A DNA stretch of 64,000 nucleotides, from assembly GCA_951406725.2 (NCBI GenBank), contig OX597816.1:153574001-153638000 (forward strand), in the 5' to 3' direction. A program made the translations under genes and the position numbers. The DNA comes from Octopus vulgaris (Eukaryota). The notes beneath the pieces are model-generated. The model saw only the letters and a program-made list of their open reading frames with translations, ran no database searches and was not told the DNA's origin. Positions 56,410 through 64,000 of this stretch are shown here, piece after piece; within the stretch, counting starts at the first letter, position 1; each line of letters starts with the position of its first letter.

Positions 56410-57310
56410 CACACACACACACACTTAAAGTTATGAATGAATTTTTTTTCTACATTATTTACAAAGAATAAAAGTTTGTCAAAACCTTTATGCTTGACAA
56501 TTATATTTTTCACTCTGCTATATTTCTACTTTTTTAGTATATTTCAATTTGGGGAGGAGGAAAGGGTGCGGCGGCTGCAGTTCTAGTGGTAATAGTAATG
56601 ATGGTGATTTTGTTGCGGTTCCCTCTTCTCTGATTTCCTTAAGATGGTACGCCAGCATGGGCGAAGTCCAACGACTGAAGCCTTTAAAAGAATAAAAGAA
56701 TAATCACAACCCACAGAGAATTATCTTAACAAACCTTAATAAGATTTTGTTTTCTTCTGAGATATCATGAATCTTGTATGTGGCCTCTCGACCCGCTAAA
56801 TATAGCAGCCCACTCTCTTTCAATTTACATCACCTTGAAAACAAAGAAAAGACGCATTGGAATATGTACTGCAAGACACGTTGGTCACATCTTGAACATC
56901 TATGATCACAGTATGTCAGGTAACTCATGGATAACCTAGGGATAAATAGCAGTAAATATGAGTATCAATGTTTATCTGGCGGGGTTGTGGAGAAGAGAGG
57001 TAAAAGCTAATATACAAAACAAAAAATGTCAAATAGGAATTAACATACTTCACGAATCAAGAAATATTAATTAATAAAAACAACACTCTTCCTGAGAAGA
57101 TAAAAATAATCATTAGCTTAATGATTAATTCAGGTTAGAGGAAGCAACCCTTAAACTTACATTAACATAAATTTTTTTTTAATTTCTTTAGTAGTATAAT
57201 GACAACTCAACATATGTTTCTTTCTTAGACCTTATCGGCAAGTCATAGTCTTTCCATTACTTCCTAAAGTTTTACATATAGATAAGCATACAGACAGGCG
57301 GACAAGCAGG

Positions 57311-57454
<144 letters not shown>

Positions 57455-57629
57455 GGGATGGACGGACGGATGGATTTAGTGAATCGATACTGAGTGACGT
57501 GACAAATTCCCAGGCACGCTTGTTGCATGAAGAATAAATGGTAAAGTCTGAACTAACCCGTTAAATGTAATGAGCTATTCGTTAACGAAAGTAAATCATT
57601 TAGGTAATTTTTTTTTCTATTCATTGCGT

Positions 57630-57791
57630 GTGTTCAGTTTCGAAATTGGTCCTGGTGGAGTAGTAAGTTGGACAGAGCGCTCTTCCTTGCGTTTCTTACC
57701 ATGATGTGAGGTTATCTGGGTATCAGATAAAAATGTGCCTATGCATGCATGCATGCATGCATGTATGTATGTATGTATGTATGTATGTATG

Positions 57792-57823
<32 letters not shown>

Positions 57824-59200
57824 ACAGGATATCTTTCGCGTCTCCTTTCCTAAGAGCCTCAATTCTATTAGCCTCTTCCAGTAGTCTCTGTTGCACAGAG
57901 GCAATCTTCTTTGTACAGAGGCATTAAATTATCTTGAATATTGCTGTTAGTTTTATGTTCTGTGGCGACCATAAATGCAATATGAATTTTTTCTTACGTT
58001 TATGTATTTGTTTCGTAAGATTTCTGATGTGAAGCAGATATTATTGTATTTCCAGATGGTCATATTTTTTTACCAAATAAACACATGCACTATATATTCG
58101 TTCTTCACTTCAGCTTTATTATTGTTCTTATGTCTAAGTCTTTCGTCAACGCCTTGCTATCTCTGCGGCGAATCTTCATCCCTCGAGGAGACACGTGGGA
58201 TGAAGAGTCGCTGAAGAGGTCACAGGCAGTGTGACGAAAGGCTGAGACGAGGGACACCAAAATAAGAACAATAATAAAGCTGAAGTGAAGAACAAATATA
58301 TAGTGCGTGTGTTTATTTAGCAAAAAAAATTACCATCCCGTAACATAACAATAGACTTCTTTCTTCCGTATTATTTATGATCTCAGAATCCAACAAGTCG
58401 GTCGCCAGCACAGTTTTGCTACCTTTGTTATATGCACACTGAATGATTCATCACCACTTATATGGATTCCCAAGTTACGCACTGACTCTAACTTTGAATT
58501 GCAATATCCTCTGATTCTGTGTATTGCCATTGCAATTTGTTTGTGAGTCGATAGGGGAGTGCTTGAAACTTGTAAACGTTGAACTGCATATTCTTTTCTT
58601 TAGCCCTTTTCTACATTGCGTACAAATCTTCCTGTAGTTTTGAGATATCTTCAGGGTCCTCGCTTGGCTGTTATACTTTTGTATCATCAGCATAGTTGGT
58701 GAGAGTGATTGGTTGATTGGCTGAGGGCATGTCTGAGAGAGCCACCTCAAAGAGTACTGGTCCCATTACAGTTCTCTGAATGACTCCGCTTAGTACTGAT
58801 GTCTCCTCAGAGCGTGCCGCATTGATACGACTGTCATGCAACCTAATTTCCAACGATACCAAGGTCACGCAGCTTGTGACATATAACTCCATGATCAACT
58901 TTATCGAAGGTCTTGGCAAAGTCAAGATAACAGTAGAGCTGTTGTTTCAGTACCCAGTCAAAATGCTGTAGTATTAACAAAAAAATGACAGGTCCTTCCT
59001 GGACGGAAGCCATGCTGTGTGTTTGTGGGCAAGCCTTTTTCCCTCTAAAAACATAATTATCTACCTTCTGACAATGCGTTCCATAGCTTTGCTGCCATGT
59101 AAGATCAGAGACATACGCCTGTAATTTTTAGCATCTCTAGCAGTGCCTTTTTGAAGTCAGATTCTCACTGTCATTAATTTCTTTATTTGAGCGATTTAAA
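57630..59200 (-). mobile_element. Old CR1-group LINE RT fragment interrupted by a fold-back element and microsatellite
   Basis: SGVIQRTVMGPVLF..NYADDTKV, CWILRS, LWSPQNIK and DYWKRLIELRL relics in order. Confidence 0.75.
58031..58359. mobile_element. Fold-back (fully palindromic) MITE-like insertion
   Basis: Arms ..aaataaacacatgcactatatattcgttcttcacttcagctttattattgttcttat..tcttcatccc / gggatgaaga..ataagaacaataataaagctgaagtgaagaacaaatatatagtgcgtgtgtttattt..; ~14-nt spacer. Confidence 0.8.
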
Positions 59201-59461
59201 ACTTTTGTTCTACGTTTCATAAGGACTCAGCTGTCACGAGGAATAATGATTTTGCATGGATTGGCTCTTCTCTTAGGGACAACTTTAGTGGATATGGCTT
59301 GCATTATTGGCATAAATTCTTCGAATTTCATATTAACGTCTTACATGGAGATTGTTGAACCAATTTTGTTTGAGATTCTCCTTTTGAACCGATTTCCAGA
59401 CAGCCCTGTAGAAATGATGATTTTTTTTCTAATATTATTGGTTATCATCGTAAGACAGCGA

Positions 59462-59650
59462 GCGAGTAGAATCGTTACCACTCCAAGCAAAATGCATAGC
59501 GTCGTTTCGTCCGTCTTTACGTTCTGAGTTCAAATTCCGCCGAGGTCGACTTTGTTTTTCATCCTTTCGGGGTCGATGAAATAAATACCAGTTGAACATT
59601 GGAGTCGATGAAATCGACAATTCCCCTCCCGCAAAATTTCAGGCCTTGGA
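59462..59650 (+). mobile_element. SINE family A
   Basis: cgttctgagttcaaattccgccgaggtcgactttg..aaatttcaggccttg. Confidence 0.8.
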
Positions 59651-60718
59651 CTTACAATTAGGAAGGTTTATTAGTCATTATCGTCATTATTGCAATTATT
59701 GTTATTTATCATCCGCCATGTCACCTTCTAATCAATGATGATCGTCATGTTATTTTTTTCTTTTCAGACATACTGTATTTGCATTATTCTACATACTATA
59801 TAAGTTACGTGGCCTAATAGTTAGGATGTTGCACTCATGGTTTCGATTCTCAGATCGGGCGACATGTTGCATTCTTGGGTAAAATCATTTTATTTCACGT
59901 AACTCTGCAATAACTTTTACGTCTGACGTATCGCACACAATATTTTTGCGGGTCCATAGTTGAGATTCCTTCCTCTGCTTGGGATGTTGGTGTTGGTGGT
60001 GATTTTGTTATTGCTTAGTCCAAGTCAGCACTTATCACGTAGACCTGTGACGAGAGATGTTCCAGCCGTGAATTTCTCGTTTCATTATTATCTGCATGCT
60101 CAACCATGACCGATGTTCCTCTTCACGGCACAGGTCTCCCTAGTTAGTATTAAGATTTAGAAACAAGAGAGAAATCTCTAATAAAATCACCTCACTGAAA
60201 TTTTCAGAAAATAAAGAGAATGATGTATAAGAAAGTAATTTATTTTCAAACCTGGTAAAAGCAACAGGTATGATTCGGTCTTATTTGAATATCAGTCTGG
60301 ACTGGTAGAGTATATTTCTCATTGAAGCATCTGGACTCAGTTAGCAAAACTAAGAGTGTTTTATATATAAGAATAGAATTTTTCCCCAGTCAGATTTTTG
60401 ATACCATTATCTTACCCGTTAACTCTTACGTCTAATTTTAATAAAGTCCTTCAAATTTAAGATTACCCATTAAATACTCTTTCATAAGAAGCTAAGTTAA
60501 AGCGCATAGGCTTTATCATTTAATCTATATGTACCATAAAAATAAGTTCGCAAAGACGCTCATTCGACCTGGGAGAAAGAGAGTCCAAATCTCCTTCAAA
60601 TCTTAGACTATCATCTAAAAAAGAACGCATATGACAAATATAACTCACGATACATAAAGTCACAGAATTATCAAAGCAAGAATGCTCTTGATTATAGGAC
60701 TGCTCGATCAGAATTCAG

Positions 60719-61150
60719 GGATCTTTTCGGTTTGAACGGCAGTTATTCTAGCGGTGTCATATGAAATTGTCACCCATAATTATGACCCTAGTATCGATCT
60801 ATTGCATTTCAATTTGTTTTAGGGTTAGGGTTAGTTAGGGTTAGGGTTAGGGGTGGGAAGAAGGGCATCTTTTTTTCTTCACAAATGTAAATAAACCTAA
60901 TCTGTTTCTTAAACGAGCGACATATTCATACGGCACACAATGTTTTTTACCTCAATGGACGTAATTGATTGGTTGAAATTGCAGAAAGTGAAGAAAAAAA
61001 ACAACAAATATCTTACAAACCATAGAATTTTCTCAATAAAGCCAAGAGAAAAAGATGTTTTATAAACACATTCTACCAGTATACGAAGTTTAAAATTTTT
61101 TAGTTACCTAGAAATTATGTTAAAAACTGCCGTTCAAACCGAAAAGATCC
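60719..61150. mobile_element. MITE with 26-bp perfect TIRs, 8-bp TSD and internal TTAGGG repeats (Merlin-like termini)
   Basis: TIR ggatcttttcggtttgaacggcagtt / aactgccgttcaaaccgaaaagatcc; TSD gaattcag at 60711..60718 and 61151..61158. Confidence 0.92.
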
Positions 61151-61468
61151 GAATTCAGCTGTAATTAACAGTAACTTGAAGAACTCAGCTTTAAAAAATG
61201 TTTTCTCTTGATTATAATACAATATGTAGTTTCATAAACTAAAAGTGCATATAGAAACAGCCCTGAACAGTAACAAATATGATAATTCTAGAAAGTTATT
61301 CCTAATCAAAACAAACCACGCAACACTTAAACTTGATGAAAAATTTACGTTACACTACCATCCTATTATTCTAAAAATACTACGTTCTTGTACCAATGAA
61401 AGTTACATGGAATAATTTTTAAAAAGTCGAATATAGCAATGAACAGTAAAATTCTTGAATCATACACC

Positions 61469-61618
61469 TAGTGGCGTAGCGGAAGTATGTGGTATGTGCG
61501 AACCGTGCAAGGCGGCCACTTTAAATACGTGCGTTTCTTCTAGTCGAAGGTATGATACATTAAAGGAAACGAACGACTAGCTTGACTACTGTACAGGGTG
61601 GTGTACGCTACACTACTG
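61469..61618. mobile_element. Old hAT-like MITE
   Basis: Degenerate TIRs tagtggcgtagcg / cgctacactactg; degenerate 8-bp TSD catacacc / tatacact. Confidence 0.45.
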
Positions 61619-62202
61619 TATACACTAACATTACGTATAAAACCCCACAAAAGAATGCGGCATCTTCCGATGGAAACAAATGCTAATATTCCATCAAACT
61701 ACATCTATCAAGATAAAATCGTAATGCCGTTAAACTTAACCGTTCATGTTTCCGTAAAAGCCACAATGTTTTAAGATAGCTATTGACTAGATATCCTGAA
61801 AATAGATCTCATTTCCATAATATCTAGTCAATGGTTATTTTTATGCGCTCATCATCGACCAAATCTCTCTAGGAAAGCTTATATTATGAGCTGCAAATGT
61901 AATACAGAACATATATACACAGTAAAATACAGCAAAACTGGAAAAGAAATGTTTGCGCTGAATTTTCAAAACACACGCAAATATTATTGAACCTAATACA
62001 TATTTAAAGAATATGAGATTGAAAAGTAACTATGATATTGATAGCAACCAGCCTCACACACACGTAAACATACATACACACGCACTCAAATATACACGTG
62101 TATACAAATATGCGTATATCTATATATGTATGTGCGTACGTGTGTATGTGTGTATGTATGTTTGCATGAAAAATTATTGAGAATCGCATAGAAGCACTAT
62201 CT

Positions 62203-62258
<56 letters not shown>

Positions 62259-62488
62259 GTACCTATAATAAGTGAACAGTGTACAGTTAAACAAGTAAAT
62301 ATACTAGAAACATGATCTATTTGTATACATATACAAATAAATATCATGATATTGATATTTATGCATCAATAATATAGACCATTGCATATAATATAGAGTA
62401 TTGCGTATAAGTATGAGCATGTGTATGTATGTAGGTGTTATATATGTATATATACACACACACATGTATGTATGTATGTATGTATTAT

Positions 62489-62836
62489 GTCATTCAGTTT
62501 TATTTCAAGATTTCTGGTCAACAGAGAAACAACTGGTTTCTAACCTAGATCCAAGGTTCCTTCATTGGAATTTCAACATCAATAGGGTATTTTTGTATGT
62601 ATGTATGTATGTATGTATGTATGTATGTATGTATGTATGTATGTATGTATGTATGTATGTATGCATGTATGTATGTGTGTATGTATGCATGTATATTTTC
62701 AGATTTGTGTTTTGTTCCGTGTATGTATTCTCATGCATATAGTTGCATGTCTAGACATAGTCATATATATACTTAAACGATAAACTTTTGGAAGGTTTAG
62801 CCTTCGAATCACCTTTTACCTTACTGGTTTTGAAAA
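62489..62836 (-). mobile_element. Short 5'-truncated copy of the RLE-type element 3' end
   Basis: aacctagatccaagg.tccttcattggaatttcaacat and tagccttcgaat are shared with 62885..63300; embedded in (TATG)n. Confidence 0.8.
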
Positions 62837-62884
62837 GTATGTATGTATGTATGTATGTATGTATGTATGTATGTATGTATGTAT

Positions 62885-64000
62885 GTCATTATTCAGATTA
62901 TTTCAAAATTTCTTGCCAATAGAGAAAGAACCGATTTCAAACCTAGATCCAAGGCTCCTTCATTGGAATTTCAACATTAACAACAGAGTATTTTCGTATG
63001 TATGTATGTATGTATGTATGTATGTATGTATGTATGTATGTATGTATGTATTTGTGTGTGTATGTGTGTGTGTATGTATGTATGTATGTATGTATGTATG
63101 TATGTATGTATGTATGTATGTATGTTTTATCTATGTATTCCCATGCATAGAGTTACATATCTAGACATACTCATATATATGTTTAAATGATAAACATCTG
63201 GAAAATTTTACAGAATTTTACAATTCCAGTGATGGATTGGATCTGTAGCCTTCGAATTAGCTTTCTCCTTTCTGATTTTGAGTAGCCTAATTTCTCAATA
63301 TTGGTATTTAGGCAGTGTGTTACATATCCCAGGCCCCCAATAATTACAAGTATAAATCTGAACTAGTAATCTGAATAGAGTAATTGTAGATTGCACAATA
63401 GTCCAGCATAGGTGTTCTCTTTTTCATTGATCTTTAGCTTTATGTTAACATCCGCTGGGCAGATAATTTCCACAACTGTGCACAGTTTCTCTTCTCTATC
63501 TCAAATCATTATATCAGGTCTGTTGTACTTACATTTTATTGAGGTCTTCACTGGTACTTTCCACCAGTATTCTTTTTCATTATGAGTGGCTATGGCTTCT
63601 ACCATATTGTGGGGTTTTATTTTTTTGTCCTCTGGATTATCCTTCCGACGGATTTCATTATAGAGTGTCCTAGCTACAACGACATGACTCATCGGTAGAT
63701 ATACCGTGATAACATATTCGGACAACTGCTTATAATGTGGGTAATATCTTCAGTGTGAACTCCACAAAGTCTACATTGGTTGTCACATTTTACGGCGTTT
63801 CCCTTTTATGCATCAAATACTTGGTTGATATTTCCTGTTCCTGTATTGCAAATGCTTACTCTTCAACTTAGAGGTAATGCTCCGGCTATTCATCCATGAT
63901 AAACTGCTTTGATGATCGATGTTACTATCATCACGGAGCTTTCTACTAACATATCCATTCATAGTCTTCTGCTCATACAGGCTCATCCTTTCATCTTATG
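62885..64000 (-). mobile_element. Restriction-like endonuclease (R2/R4/NeSL group) non-LTR retrotransposon, 3' end
   Basis: Minus strand CRLCGVHTEDITHIISSC zinc finger, then KYNRPDIMI*DREEKLCTVVEIICP..EKENTY..VIIGGLG (PD..D/E-K nuclease); several stops and frameshifts. Confidence 0.85.

Noticed and set aside
55066-56471. Numerous 60-140 aa ORFs rich in YI, VC, HT and MYVC (here and throughout the window)
   Set aside because: Translations of dinucleotide and tetranucleotide microsatellites.
58205-58245. CTGAAGA-g-gtcac..gtgac-GAAA hammerhead core
   Set aside because: No UH cleavage triplet adjoining stem I in any permutation; the sequence is one arm of a palindrome.

Overview
Eukaryotic, AT-rich, microsatellite-saturated DNA. 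The SINE repertoire looks like an octopus (coleoid cephalopod) genome, which is an inference. The only host gene is the 3' half of an M1-family aminopeptidase (aminopeptidase N-like). Its 12 plus-strand GT-AG exons (5136..54801) splice in frame into 436 aa plus stop, and the catalytic exons must lie upstream of the window. The introns and 3' flank are packed with mobile DNA: a near-intact Penelope-like element (RT + GIY-YIG) with an inverted pseudo-LTR; CR1-, RTE- and RLE-type LINE pieces; two stacked ORF1-only (zinc knuckle) elements; mariner/maT relics; Helentron-like non-autonomous elements; fold-back MITEs; a MITE carrying TTAGGG repeats; three SINE families; and a ~650-bp satellite. The most notable signal is a set of type I hammerhead ribozyme motifs read by eye. 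One is canonical (3461..3553, in the Penelope pseudo-LTR, sense to the host gene). Two are non-canonical and share a C.A mismatch at the base of helix II (20870..20912, with a U3-A8 core covariation; 23027..23100). Several decayed copies also occur, mostly in short non-coding elements beside (TA)n tracts. Nearly all ORF-track entries outside the transposons are microsatellite artefacts. Repeat boundaries are approximate unless termini are quoted.
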